Shown: in pieces, positions 38,401 to 49,300 of the stretch
How positions within the stretch are numbered: the first letter of the stretch is position 1
How the letters are laid out: every line of letters starts with the position of its first letter
Virus record (IMG/VR): IMGVR_UViG_3300030102_008089
Span: 63,434 to 127,433 of that record
DNA: 64,000 bases
From: a virus
Strand: one strand, 5' to 3'
Translations under genes and position numbers: made by a program
Notes under the pieces: generated by a model
Databases searched by the model: none
The model's input: only the letters and a program-made list of their open reading frames with translations
Told to the model about the DNA's origin: nothing

Positions 38401-41400
38401 AAAAAATACAGGAATAAGCCTACCACAGGTATCAGACTCTGTAACTTCGCAATATGTTTATAGTATAGCTTTCGCTACAGGAACTTTGGTAGGTGGCAAC
38501 TACAATGTTGAGCCAAGAATTCCTGGCGGTGCTTTCTCTAGACCACCTTGGACAGCAGGTACGCAAAGAGTTTATGTTGATGGAGAATTTAAAGGACAAT
38601 CTGCGGAACAAGTATTCCCTTTTTATAACAGTTACGAACAATGGGCACAAGAATTAAGGCTTGCAGGTAAATCAAATTCAATCATACCAGAGTATAGAAT
38701 AAGTGAACACGTAGAAAAGTTTAAAAACAAAGCGTCTGTATTTACAGCTATTTCTTCTTCCTTAGAAATAACAGGGGCAAATTCAAATAATTTTAATGGA
38801 ACCAATACAGATTTTTATACTCGTTATGCTACATCCGATAATATGGAGTTTTTATCAGATTTTATGACATATGACAAGGGGGATGTTAATTACATTTTTA
38901 ATGACTACCCTCGCCACTTTGAAATTAATTCAGATGCAATTATGAAACTTTTGCCGTATGAAGGATTTTACCCTGTTAACAGAACTTTACAAATCTCAAC
39001 ACTATATTCACAATCATATGGACCAAATTCTAGTTATGATGGAGCCACTTCAGGTAACAAGCGATGGAGAAGCCTTCTCAGACCATTCTATGCTCCAGGG
39101 ATTTTATACAACTCAATTAAATCAGGAGTTTCTGTTGACTTTCCAATCAGAAGAAAGACCAGAAACAAAGGAGGGTTCCATAGTTTTAATTCGGTCCTTC
39201 AAGATGGAGTCTACCCAGGATATAATATAGGCTACCCGCTGTTTGGTTCGCTTTTTGAGAATATAACAATATCTGGTGGAAAATTGCCAAGCGGAACCAG
39301 AAGAAGCAATTACTCTCACGACTGGTCGGACCCTGATGTCAACGCTTTGTATTGGGCTGATAGGCTTCCGTTCGAGTCTATTTTAGCTCCCGAAGAATAT
39401 TTAACTGCTGATGTAAATACATTAACTGGCTCACTTGCCACCGTAACATCGGATATTAACAGTTATATTTCTATCGACGTAACAGGGTCGTTTAGAGTTG
39501 GAAGGGTAGATTCTGATAACATTTATAAAAAAGCGATATCTAACTTTCTAGCGAACGTGCCCCAATTCTTTTTGAAGACAAAAGAAAACAAGTTTGGGTC
39601 GCATGGGAAAATGACAAAATTTGTTTCCCAATTTGGCAGTCCATCCAGAGGATCTCAAGAAGTAACCACTTCAGCAAGAACTGTTAATATTGATCCAAAG
39701 CGTGCGTATATGATGGAAATTGGACTAATGAAAACTGAACAATTCAACATGTACAGCAACCCAGCGGCGTTCGGACCAGCTACCAATACAAGTTATATTT
39801 TTCAACCGTGGGAAATTGCTAATGCTTCAGGGTCTTGGACTCCTTCTGGTTCCGATTGGCCAACACATCGTGGTGAATTTGCCCCATTTGCTCCACCCTA
39901 TTATTATGGACCATCCTTGGCTCGCATTACTTTTATGCCAATTGGGGATAAAACAGAATATACGCTAAACGAAATATTGGACAATGATCGTGGTGAGGTT
40001 TTTGTAGACTACATTAACGAAAGTGGTAGTCTTTATGATGCAAGTTCTGGGTCTTTTGTGGATGCAAACGGGAACACATTAACTACAAATACAACTCCTG
40101 CTTATAAGTGGAATAGAGCTTGGTTAAATAGAATGGATATTGATGCATCCATTAATATTGGGAATGAATTTCCTATATCTGCAAATACAACTTATAAATC
40201 ATCTGACCCAAACAAGTGGACCATTATGCCAAAATGGGAATCCCCCGTATTAGATTTCCCAAGTGAGATATCTGCTGTAGCTGCGGCAGCAGCATCAGCG
40301 ACATTAATTGCTATTGATTATGCTTCGGCGGCAAGTGGACAAACAATAGTTGTTCCGACAACTACAACAACAGTAACTTTTGAATTTGACAATAGTTCAT
40401 CATCCCCTGGACGTTCTAGTGCAACAAGCTATACTATTGGAATTAATGGCATAAGCAAAAACTCTGAATTAGCAGAACGAATTCATGCAGCACTTGCCCT
40501 TTGTTTGTCTAATGGCGAAATTGATGTAACATCAAACCAAGCGGATGATACAGTCTCAATTATTTCAAATATATCTGGCGCAGCTATGAACAGTAATACA
40601 ATCTCTGGTACTGCTACAGAAGGAGGTGGTGGTGCTATTGTTTCTGCCTCTGGGTTTTCGGGAGGAGAGTCAGAGGTTGCCGCTTCTAGGTATGGACTTT
40701 CATCATCGGTAACACCAGGAGAATTTACTAAAACAACCCAAGGTATGTGGCACCAATACGGACAATCACCCAGTGATGGCAGGGGAATTTATTTATATAT
40801 AAAAGATATTCCAACGGGAGATCATGAGGAATATGACCTAGTAGCAACACATATCAATTCAACTGGTTCATATAACTATGTTAAAAAGGTTCCAAAATTT
40901 GTATTAGATTCTGGGCGTACAGTTTCGTCTCTTGCAGATCTTTGTGGGTTTGATTCTAGCGAAATTATTCGCAAAGGTTTTGATCCAAGCAAAGCTAAGA
41001 GACTTGGAGAGCTTGCAGAGGATAACGAAAATTCAATTTCTGAGGCAATACTAGCATTGCCGTTTTACTTGGACGAAAGCGGGGAGTCAAAACTAATAAC
41101 TCTCCAGGCATCTCCTACAGAGTTGGGCCCAAAAATAAAAGAATTTAGAAAAAATTTCACAAAGTACTCCTTGCCTCCAGCCTTAGCTCAAAAACTTCTT
41201 GGATTGGTTCCAAAGGGCTTTCCAAATGTTCCCGACACAATTAACCCATTTGGTGACGATGAATATGACGAACTTCTTTCTGGTGAAGATATAAGACAAA
41301 TACCTGTTGTATACTTGATGGAGCACATCGCCACTCTAACAAAACAGGACCTTGCAGATATTTGGCAAGGAATTATGCCAGACTTGTCAAGGAGGTTAAG

Positions 41401-41950
41401 TTTTAGTTTTTCTTCGATTGATCATTACATGCCTGGTGAAAATGTCGAAGACTCGCTAACACAGTTCCCAGAAGTACTAAAAGAGCAGATAAACATCGGT
41501 GCTGTCAGAGATGGTCACCCAAGATATGATCTTTTAGATATTGCTGAAAAAGCTTGCAAACAAGGATTCTTCCCTGAGATTAAGTGGTTAGTTTTTAAGG
41601 TAAAACAAAGGGGTGTCTCAACTTATTCTGAAATGATTATTCAAGAAGTTGATGGACCAAATGCCCTTGGATATGACAACTCTAGAGAATTTCTAACCTT
41701 ACAAGGGCTTCCAAATGATCAGGTAGATAGGATTCTTGGGGATAGAGACGAATTTTCAAAAAATGTTTATGTTTCAAAACATTCGCTTTCAAATCCAACT
41801 TTTAATTGGCCTTACGATTATTGTTCCTTGTTGGAGACAGTTAAAATAGGTGCCAAAGTTGGATTTCGACCAGACTTGGAAAAAGAGTATGCTGAAACAA
41901 GTCAAGCGATGACACAGCAAATTATAGACGAAAAAGCAGGCGGAAAATAA
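35495..41950 (+). CDS. Very large virion structural protein (2151 aa)
   Basis: 6.4 kb ORF in the tail/baseplate block; S/T/G-rich, with two ~125-aa insertion-like domains ending in FSGG. Confidence 0.65.
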   Translation: MAKRIIINSAPPKPSKRIIGGSNQRSQSRLTLQGSYSWKYNHAPEGLDESKNLSWWREEANRYEAPLSSSGEILYGRQAVKRELKRDTDKRKLYNFDIQLDNSIKGGSNQPINKKYHLGNRTLTAFDSEINVSEDIYPNTKKRVSFGVTLDGKTYTSEQTTPFSLFSSSVSSGYQAKLTADGFGGVDFANLHDDKIQTYQGEVPAQGPFTERFVGGILARHNAPLRATERQESFNIVLSPSSVAEVNIEVNNGADPFIDLNGRTLTLTLGGVSYSATFNPGVNIADSTKTVLGIADAIDADGAAEAISRSLNLAASGDGLPVVASYGFTNFVNVKGTFVGTRDNGTAFGGTSIDAGRVTPTPTFSGGANSVRAINQTDVGSPQGKYLRGLGAKAPVNIENIKTLFTSDSVRVVGNYIRNYEVVQGSNRAATNMDLAYNRNNYNNTAPSAFITTPAMRTLLATGSADYAAPRQISTRKTNQTIIVNRFSAPGDKVDSKQQFRDVTSDQSSPNNALPFRNIPVRKPYISKLSTHTAFGGYELGSTTVAAVYKTQRNRTQRVQASGSVFITGSVFDDYFVTRPIPAGDSTQWFFSLSGSDTDTYSDYVRANSRYPEQISFSKLNIGSFNAGLAGLTGSDGNATYIWASSPFVAPWSQTRNSYKSSAIFLRKNNIYELDPEIKTGKDTTSLADSTKTRQFVDQVGNTVTNFYSQQFREPPITSRYKPLVHQIETFIGSPSETTSNKITLSLEYSYGNTLMGFANRELNRRVAGDIKFNHNKIKRPYEVLREQLNSDSSRSLNGVNVIKMFAYNETIWPKEVYTYLSGSRARLSFTNSYWRDDAIIQPVTTFYTNYNTLFYVTSIETRDNRQTPRLTTPFTTSQGYGVTLADQLPYNPLDSSTPVPEGPGRASIWPLDSYLWSDLSDTYAGSTYETGSLSASVILAGQASTPCGELMMTNFGTIDDRITSTDASKNTGISLPQVSDSVTSQYVYSIAFATGTLVGGNYNVEPRIPGGAFSRPPWTAGTQRVYVDGEFKGQSAEQVFPFYNSYEQWAQELRLAGKSNSIIPEYRISEHVEKFKNKASVFTAISSSLEITGANSNNFNGTNTDFYTRYATSDNMEFLSDFMTYDKGDVNYIFNDYPRHFEINSDAIMKLLPYEGFYPVNRTLQISTLYSQSYGPNSSYDGATSGNKRWRSLLRPFYAPGILYNSIKSGVSVDFPIRRKTRNKGGFHSFNSVLQDGVYPGYNIGYPLFGSLFENITISGGKLPSGTRRSNYSHDWSDPDVNALYWADRLPFESILAPEEYLTADVNTLTGSLATVTSDINSYISIDVTGSFRVGRVDSDNIYKKAISNFLANVPQFFLKTKENKFGSHGKMTKFVSQFGSPSRGSQEVTTSARTVNIDPKRAYMMEIGLMKTEQFNMYSNPAAFGPATNTSYIFQPWEIANASGSWTPSGSDWPTHRGEFAPFAPPYYYGPSLARITFMPIGDKTEYTLNEILDNDRGEVFVDYINESGSLYDASSGSFVDANGNTLTTNTTPAYKWNRAWLNRMDIDASINIGNEFPISANTTYKSSDPNKWTIMPKWESPVLDFPSEISAVAAAAASATLIAIDYASAASGQTIVVPTTTTTVTFEFDNSSSSPGRSSATSYTIGINGISKNSELAERIHAALALCLSNGEIDVTSNQADDTVSIISNISGAAMNSNTISGTATEGGGGAIVSASGFSGGESEVAASRYGLSSSVTPGEFTKTTQGMWHQYGQSPSDGRGIYLYIKDIPTGDHEEYDLVATHINSTGSYNYVKKVPKFVLDSGRTVSSLADLCGFDSSEIIRKGFDPSKAKRLGELAEDNENSISEAILALPFYLDESGESKLITLQASPTELGPKIKEFRKNFTKYSLPPALAQKLLGLVPKGFPNVPDTINPFGDDEYDELLSGEDIRQIPVVYLMEHIATLTKQDLADIWQGIMPDLSRRLSFSFSSIDHYMPGENVEDSLTQFPEVLKEQINIGAVRDGHPRYDLLDIAEKACKQGFFPEIKWLVFKVKQRGVSTYSEMIIQEVDGPNALGYDNSREFLTLQGLPNDQVDRILGDRDEFSKNVYVSKHSLSNPTFNWPYDYCSLLETVKIGAKVGFRPDLEKEYAETSQAMTQQIIDEKAGGK

Positions 41951-41962
41951 TCTTGAGTAAGG

Positions 41963-41969
41963 ATACTTA
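41963..41969 (+). promoter_or_regulatory. Variant late motif ATACTTA, 4 nt before ATG 41974
   Basis: Intergenic; fixed spacing. Confidence 0.5.
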
Positions 41970-41973
41970 ATAC

Positions 41974-42891
41974 ATGGTTAGTTTTTTTGACCAAAAAGAA
42001 GAAGTACTAACTGTAGAGTTGACACCCTACGGGAAGCAGCAGTTTGCCGAGGGGCTTTTTGCCCCAGCGTATTATGCTTTTTATGATAGTTCTATCATTT
42101 ATGATTCTGACTATATTAAATTAACAGAGACTCAAAACAGAACTACAACTAGAATAACCACTGAGACACCAAAACTAAAACCAAATGTGAGATTTAACTC
42201 GACACCTGGTTCTGTTTATTCACTGTTGACATCAAATGACTCCAGTGGGTTTGCTCAAGATAAGCCCTACAATGCTAACTACGCACGCACTTTAGGTAGT
42301 AGTGATCCTAATTCATCAAATCTTCCATCGTGGAAAATTCAAACTTTAAACCTTAGTGATGTTGGTTTTAATGAAGGCGTTCGTTATAATTTAGATAATA
42401 CTATTCCACAGATGTCAGCAACGTTGTTTATAGATTATGAAACTCTTGAAGGTACTGGAGTCGAAGGAGAGCCAGCGATTTATACACTTTTGGGGTCAGA
42501 TAGCCTTTTTCTAAATGTAGAAGAGCTTAATACTTTGTTTAAAAATAACGGAAATTTTGATATAGAGGTTTATAAATCTGGCTCGGAAGGAACGATGACA
42601 CCCTTGGGGTTTATAAACAGAGAAGCATCTCAGGGGCAATCTTTACAGTCTCAGACTGACCCATTTGTTCTAGCAAATAATATTAGAGGAAATAACAACA
42701 ATATTGTGAGAGGGTTTCCAATTTTAGATGACAAGTATGTTGAGTTTTATTTAAACTTGTCGGTTGACACAGAAATTTCCTTTATAACAAGTCCAACAAA
42801 CTCGACGCTATATAAGAGAAGTATTGATAGAACACCCGAAGATCCTTGTGATGTTTTAGATACTCTACCAGAAGGATATGATTTAGGGTAA
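41974..42891 (+). CDS. Putative baseplate/tail-fibre-anchor protein (paralog of 49529)
   Basis: N-terminus FFDQKEEVLTVELTPYGKQQFAEGLFAPAYYAFYDSSIIYD aligns by eye with FLDNSGDIILDAVLTDEGRRRLALGDGSFRITKFALGDDEIDY. Confidence 0.5.
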   Translation: MVSFFDQKEEVLTVELTPYGKQQFAEGLFAPAYYAFYDSSIIYDSDYIKLTETQNRTTTRITTETPKLKPNVRFNSTPGSVYSLLTSNDSSGFAQDKPYNANYARTLGSSDPNSSNLPSWKIQTLNLSDVGFNEGVRYNLDNTIPQMSATLFIDYETLEGTGVEGEPAIYTLLGSDSLFLNVEELNTLFKNNGNFDIEVYKSGSEGTMTPLGFINREASQGQSLQSQTDPFVLANNIRGNNNNIVRGFPILDDKYVEFYLNLSVDTEISFITSPTNSTLYKRSIDRTPEDPCDVLDTLPEGYDLG

Positions 42892-42904
42892 AGGTATGTT
42901 TTAA

Positions 42905-45900
42905 ATGGCTAATGTAATATCTTTAAATATAGATTCAATTCTATTAACAACAGATTTAGAAAGAAACACTAGCACAGCTAATATCTCTTTGTCGCACGAC
43001 ACAGGGGACTCTTTTGATGATTTATCTGCTTACCATATTAGGGTTGCTGTAAGTACAACACAAGAGTCTTCTAGGGCTTTGGACTACATTAGTCAAAGAT
43101 ATAATGAATTCCTAATGAACCATGCAGGCAACAAAACAAGCTTTGATTATAATAAATACTTACAATATGCATTAGGGGACCACAGCAGTTACTTGAGTGT
43201 TTCATCTCCTTTTTCTCCGTTTTCTACTAACAACGAAGCAAGAAACTTACTTATAAAAAACAACGTTTCAAAATATGGCACAGGAAAAATTATTCCAGAT
43301 GGTGTTATAATTTATGATGTTGACTTAGTGTCAATTTTGAGCAAAAATTTGGCAGACAAATTACTACAGACCATAAAGATAGAGTTGCCGTTAAGTATTG
43401 AAGAGATGGAGCATTTTTCTTGTTACGCTTATGTGTATAATGATAGAATTTTGTCTTCTTTCCAATATGATTCATCTCTTAATTTTTCTCTAACAACAGG
43501 GATGTTTCCCGTTGAGTACAAAACTTTTTTAGGAAAATACACAGAATATCAAAAAATAAATCCCAATAAACCATTCATTGGTATGCATAGTGTAGACGAG
43601 ATTACAAGCCCAGACAACAGTCTGTTGAGAGTTATAAATATTAACCCCTCAGAGGAGATCGAAGGGAAGTATAAATCATTTATTAAAACGATCAATCAGG
43701 CTTTTAAAACTAACGAAACCAACAAAAATTACCAACTTCAAAAGTCTTTAAATACAAGAAATTACTTTACTGATTTTTGGATTACAAAAGACAATGAAGA
43801 AAATGCTAGGTTTATATTTTCTTTTGACGTTAGGTCGTACCTGCAAGACAATGCTTTATTTCCAATTGTTTACTCAAGCGGGCTTTTTCAAGATAAAAAC
43901 ATTTTAGATATCGATACGCTGCTTCAATATCGTCTAGATGATAGTGTCTCATCTGTAAACATTTTCCGATCGTCCTTGTTAGAAACAGGATTCCAACCTA
44001 AGAACAAACTGGGAACAATAGAAAAAGGTAGCCAAAACAATAGATTAAATGTGAATATAGACACCAGTAAAAAACCCGTTCAAGATGTTAAAGAGGTGAG
44101 CCTGAAACTTTTAAACGGATCCTTTGTCGATGCGGGACAGTCTGTTTCTTTTTTTGAGGGATGCGATAAATTTTCCTCCGAAGATATAAAAGATACACAA
44201 CATAGTGCGTTGTACAAATATTCCGCTGAGCTTGATGTTCTGGATAGTTCTTCTGAAATTATGAGAGTAGTGGCTCATAAGCTTTTAGATTTAAAAAGAA
44301 GAACAGGAGAACTTCATAGTTATATCGCTTCGGATTCAAGTCGTTTATTTGGTAATATACCAGCATATAATTTACAGACAGGAAGACTTAACAAACCAAT
44401 CGGTGGTTTGACCACTTTGGACGGAAAAAACGCAGAACAAGAAATAGTAAATATTTTAAGATCTTATCAGGGAATATTAAATAAGTTGTCTGGTTCAACG
44501 ATTGATTTAGTCAGTTACTATCAGAATAAAATTATGAGTGTAATGGGACTAATTGAAATAAGTTTGCTGAAAGAAATAGAAAGAAGCATAGATTTTGGTA
44601 TAAAATTTGTTTATGATAGGTTGTTAAAAGTATACCCATCAGACCCTTTTGGTAGGAAAATGGATTCAAGTAAAAACCGTTTTGCTCAAAACACCAGCCG
44701 ATCAAGTCAAAATAACATTAACAAGGTCCAACACACATTTTCGGAAGTGTTTGAAAGAGGCAAGTCCAACGGCTTGGGAGTTGATTATATATTTGACGAT
44801 TCAAAGATGGGCAGTTTTAAAAACATATCAAGCTCTGAGTATGATGCAAGGCGGGCTGAAGAATTTGGAAAGTACTTTTTTTCTCTGGGGGGCGAGTCGT
44901 CTTTAGAACCGCCCCCAAGTTACGAAGATTCTTCCTATGCTTATATGACGCCTAAGATAATTAAGACCCCCTCTAGGGATACAATAAATCAAGTTTCCTA
45001 CACTTCCAGAGGGGGAACTTCTATAGATTATGATTTTGATAGGTATGGGCAACTTTACTCTGATTTGGTTACTCTTTACGAAATGACTGAAAAAATGGGA
45101 ATGTCATACCCAAGTTTGCAAGCTGCTGCTTCGGAACAAGGAGTTAACAATAAGATATATTCAACAATCAAGAGGACTCTCCACGAAAGATTTGGGGTAG
45201 CGATAAATGAAGATGTTGTGCCACAATTTAGTTCCCCTAGAATTATGCAGGGTGATTCAAAGCAGTCAATTTACACTTTGAGAGAAAAAGAGAATTGCGG
45301 ACCAAACGGCGGACTTTTGTTAATACAGTCTATAACAGGCGGCGAAAATTCCCAGGATCAGACATTTGATAACTATTTTTCTTCTATTTCATCCAAAATA
45401 AAAAATGAAGACACTGAAACTTTAAAGGGAGAGATTACTAGGAGAGCAACTGAAAATGATCGCAAAGATCGATCTATAAAGCTTCCTTTTGTTTTGTTGG
45501 GCGAATTAACTCTTAATACAAAAATATCTCAAACTGAAAGATCGAATAAAAGCACCTTTAACTCTTTGAGTCAATTAAGAAAAATTTTGTCAATCTCGGA
45601 ACAAAACATACAAGATATGATTGATAGTGACGTTGTGTCTGAATTACCAAATCAACTAAAAAACATGCTTATTGTTAGCTCTACAAGACTTTCTCTGACA
45701 CTTGGTGAGGCTGATGGCAGCTATACTTTTGATGCACGAAGGTTTTCGCTAAACGAGTCAGATGTACAAGATGGCGACGATTTGGTTAGTTTTTATAGCC
45801 CTCAGTCAAAAGATACCACATATTTTCAAACACCAGATCCAATGAAATCATACGCTAAATTTATGGCTTTGTGGATGAACTACAGGCAAATTGCAGTTGT

Positions 45901-46312
45901 GGAATACCTAGATAGTTTTTTAGGGGTTAATCAAAACGATCTTAGTCAAAATGTTAACACAACTAGATATAAATTATCTAACTGGGTTCCGATCAACGCC
46001 ACCACCATACAAAAACTACGACAGTCAGGAGGTTCCATATTGTGCCGAACCAGGCTTATGAATGTCGCTGACTACATTTCTCTTTTTGGTGAAAATATTT
46101 CTGAAAAACAAAAAGAAGACTTAGCAGTTTTGTTTGAGGAAAAACAAGTTTTAAACGTTCCAAGTTATAATAGATACTTCTATATAAGTGAGGAAGTTGT
46201 TGAACCTCCTCCAGTTGAAGAAGTAGTGGAACAACAAGAAGCAGTGGAACAACAAGAAGTAGCGGAACAACAAGAGACTACAGAAGTTCAGGCAGGGTTT
46301 GTGGGATATTAA
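42905..46312 (+). CDS. Large hypothetical protein (1135 aa)
   Basis: Long ORF with no recognised motif; C-terminal EQQE repeat. Confidence 0.6.
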   Translation: MANVISLNIDSILLTTDLERNTSTANISLSHDTGDSFDDLSAYHIRVAVSTTQESSRALDYISQRYNEFLMNHAGNKTSFDYNKYLQYALGDHSSYLSVSSPFSPFSTNNEARNLLIKNNVSKYGTGKIIPDGVIIYDVDLVSILSKNLADKLLQTIKIELPLSIEEMEHFSCYAYVYNDRILSSFQYDSSLNFSLTTGMFPVEYKTFLGKYTEYQKINPNKPFIGMHSVDEITSPDNSLLRVININPSEEIEGKYKSFIKTINQAFKTNETNKNYQLQKSLNTRNYFTDFWITKDNEENARFIFSFDVRSYLQDNALFPIVYSSGLFQDKNILDIDTLLQYRLDDSVSSVNIFRSSLLETGFQPKNKLGTIEKGSQNNRLNVNIDTSKKPVQDVKEVSLKLLNGSFVDAGQSVSFFEGCDKFSSEDIKDTQHSALYKYSAELDVLDSSSEIMRVVAHKLLDLKRRTGELHSYIASDSSRLFGNIPAYNLQTGRLNKPIGGLTTLDGKNAEQEIVNILRSYQGILNKLSGSTIDLVSYYQNKIMSVMGLIEISLLKEIERSIDFGIKFVYDRLLKVYPSDPFGRKMDSSKNRFAQNTSRSSQNNINKVQHTFSEVFERGKSNGLGVDYIFDDSKMGSFKNISSSEYDARRAEEFGKYFFSLGGESSLEPPPSYEDSSYAYMTPKIIKTPSRDTINQVSYTSRGGTSIDYDFDRYGQLYSDLVTLYEMTEKMGMSYPSLQAAASEQGVNNKIYSTIKRTLHERFGVAINEDVVPQFSSPRIMQGDSKQSIYTLREKENCGPNGGLLLIQSITGGENSQDQTFDNYFSSISSKIKNEDTETLKGEITRRATENDRKDRSIKLPFVLLGELTLNTKISQTERSNKSTFNSLSQLRKILSISEQNIQDMIDSDVVSELPNQLKNMLIVSSTRLSLTLGEADGSYTFDARRFSLNESDVQDGDDLVSFYSPQSKDTTYFQTPDPMKSYAKFMALWMNYRQIAVVEYLDSFLGVNQNDLSQNVNTTRYKLSNWVPINATTIQKLRQSGGSILCRTRLMNVADYISLFGENISEKQKEDLAVLFEEKQVLNVPSYNRYFYISEEVVEPPPVEEVVEQQEAVEQQEVAEQQETTEVQAGFVGY
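46223..46276 (+). repeat. 18-bp tandem repeat x3 encoding VVEQQE/AVEQQE/VAEQQE
   Basis: gtagtggaacaacaagaa / gcagtggaacaacaagaa / gtagcggaacaacaagag. Confidence 0.9.
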
Positions 46313-46315
46313 ACA

Positions 46316-49300
46316 ATGGATAACGTAAGAACAATTGTAATTAGCAAAAACGACCTAGATCCACTTGCAGATTGGTCAAGATCAAAAACAGATTATGGCG
46401 ACAGGGTTGGAAACACGACGCCGCCCGAGATTCTTAATTTTCAGGCTCGTAACGAAGACTATCAGGATGGGCTTCGATACTACGTCCAACCCCAAGACGC
46501 AACAGACTTTATTGAGGGAATCTTTAACCCTGAAGGCGATCGGCTCCCAGGCGCCCTTCAGCAGTTTTATAAGGAACTATACAGGGGTAATTTTTGGGGC
46601 GGAAATAGAAATAAATTTATCTACGTTGCCACCCCAGTCGGACCCGATGAACTCATATACAAGAGCTTTTCGGAAAATATCTTACAAAATGTTATTGATA
46701 CTGCATCGACTATTATAAGTGTTACAGAAGATGATGATGATTTTAATTTAAGGCGTCACTTTTACGATGTAAGTCTTGATGGTGAACCATTAAACCCAGA
46801 AAGATATAGAGAATCGATGGCTCGTCGATTTTTAAATGTATTAGATGACTCTGGCGCAGGTAGAGTAGAAATTAGAGAGGACCAAGGTGCTAGAGATTTA
46901 TCGTTATGGTGGACCATGGCCGCCGAGGGAAGGTTTAATATTGGCACAGGCATTAGAAACAACAATGGAGACGTGGTTTACAAAAGAATAACTATGCACG
47001 ATCTGGTGTACGGAGCTATCCACAGGTTAGATCGTCGGTTTCCTCGACCCAACCCTGATTATGTTGTTTCTCTCGCAAAGTATTTAGCTATTTCGGCTCT
47101 AACAAAGACTCAGACGCCTCTTGTTCCAGAGCAGGCAGTCGTAGCCATTTTAGATAAACTAGAGCATCATCAATTTTTTAATTTGGATTTAAAAATTGAA
47201 ACTCCTTATGTAAAAAATTCTGATAATTTTAGATTTTTAAACAGCGTTCCGCCTGGAACTCAGGTTTGCTCTATCGCACCCACATACAGATTTTATAACG
47301 AAAGGTATGAACGAGCCGCAAGTAGTGATATAGTGCCCGAGATAGCGTTACCAAATTTATACACTAGGAGGTTTTATCAGAATGCCAATCCGCAGCAAGT
47401 CGCAGGATCACAGGAAGCAAACCAAAATACAAATGTGGAAAATTACCTGAAGAGTCTTAGTTTAAGCACAACCCCAAATAATATAGCTCAACAGAGAGGA
47501 CAACAGTATTCTGACGATTTACGTTCTTCATTTGAAGGGGGAGAGATTAAAAATTTTTATGAGACCTATTCCCAACTGATAGAAGATGAACCCGCCCTAG
47601 AAGATACAATTACGAGAAAAAATTCTACATCTTTAACGGGCATTAGAGAAATATTCGACAATGGTGATCCTTTTGGGCTTACTTCTGCGCCAATGAGTTT
47701 GAATGTTTCATTTGTAAAGGAGGAGGTCCCACCAAATCCCTCGTTTGAAAACCATTGCATAGTAGGAACCTTGAGAGATCCAAGTGTAGCCCTTTTAAAT
47801 AATTTGTTTTCTGGCGATGTTCAGCCAGATAATGTGGATTTTGCTTATTCAACCGAATATTTTCTAGATGGTATCGAAAGGCAATCTCCACATATGCCTG
47901 TAACTTTACCCGTTTATTTGGTGCTAGGTGACAATACAATATTTAGCACGGCACCTGCCATAGATGAATATGAGATGACACTTTTTCAAACAAGAGCAAG
48001 TATACCAACCGCTACCGACCTTGTAAGTACTAAAGGCTTTCTAATTGGTAATTCTATTCGAAAATCTAGAAAAACACATCGAGAAATAATTGACGGTGTG
48101 ACTTCTCAAAGTGAGGTTTTAGGATACAGACTAGAAAAGTTTAACCCAGCCAATAACCAGCTATTGTCAAATATAATCATAGGCAAATATGGATCAGGAA
48201 AACAAACATATGAAGACGCACAAATAAAATACGGACAAGAATATTCTTATGCTCTTAGGGAGTACAGGTTTGTATACGGAACACCATATAATGCTTTTAC
48301 CCTAACCTACGATATGAGTATTGCACCTTTGTTGGCGTTCTATGGTGTAATGTCAACGGAAGAGGCCAAAGGCATTGTTGGAAATACGGGCTTTAGTTTT
48401 GTGAACTTTATGAATGCCTCAAATGAGGTGGTGTTAATTGATATCCCAATCTATGATGATAGTTGGAATCGATTTAACATATTTAATAACTTACCTACTG
48501 ATGGATTGTTTGCTGGTGATGGTGATATTTTAGCTGTACAGGCAGAGCAAAATATGGGTGCTGGTGGAATAGCATATCCAAAATCAAAAGTTTTAGATTT
48601 TCCTCCTACTGCTCCAACTCTGCAATTTTTTCCCAAAGCAAAAGTGAACAACAAGGTTGATGTTAATATAAACACCCAATCTGGCAAAGTTGGAACCATC
48701 CTTGATGAAGAGGGTAACTGGGATAATGTCTTAAAAATTATTACAATTGGGGACAATGATGAAAAAATCAATAAGGTTAAAGAATTTCAGGACCGATATT
48801 CAGATGGAGATCTTGGTCCTGATGAGATGAGGTTTAAACAGAAGGGGCTAATTCAAACTCGAAATATCATATTGTACAAAACCACAAGTATTAATACGGA
48901 TGTTGAGTCTTATGAAGAAATGTATTCCTCATTTAACCCCGCAGCTAATTCTGATGTTAGTGTGCAAAAATTCACAACAAAGGATGATGTTGAGCTTGAT
49001 GGTATAACTCGAATTTTATCCTATGATATAACAGAGAACATTGATCCTAACAGGATGTATTATTTTACTTGTGTAGTTGAAGATATTCACGGCTCTATTT
49101 CTAACCCGAGTATGATATATCAGGTTCGTCTTATATCAGACAAGGGATTGATAGTGCCAGAAATAAAAACTGTTTACCCAACTGGGTCCAAAAACAAAAA
49201 CAGTCAAAAAAATCTTATTCGCTATATTCAGGTAGAGGCGTCAAATATACAAACATTCCCAGTATCAGAAGGCAGTGGGCAAGACCTTGTTAACTTTAGA

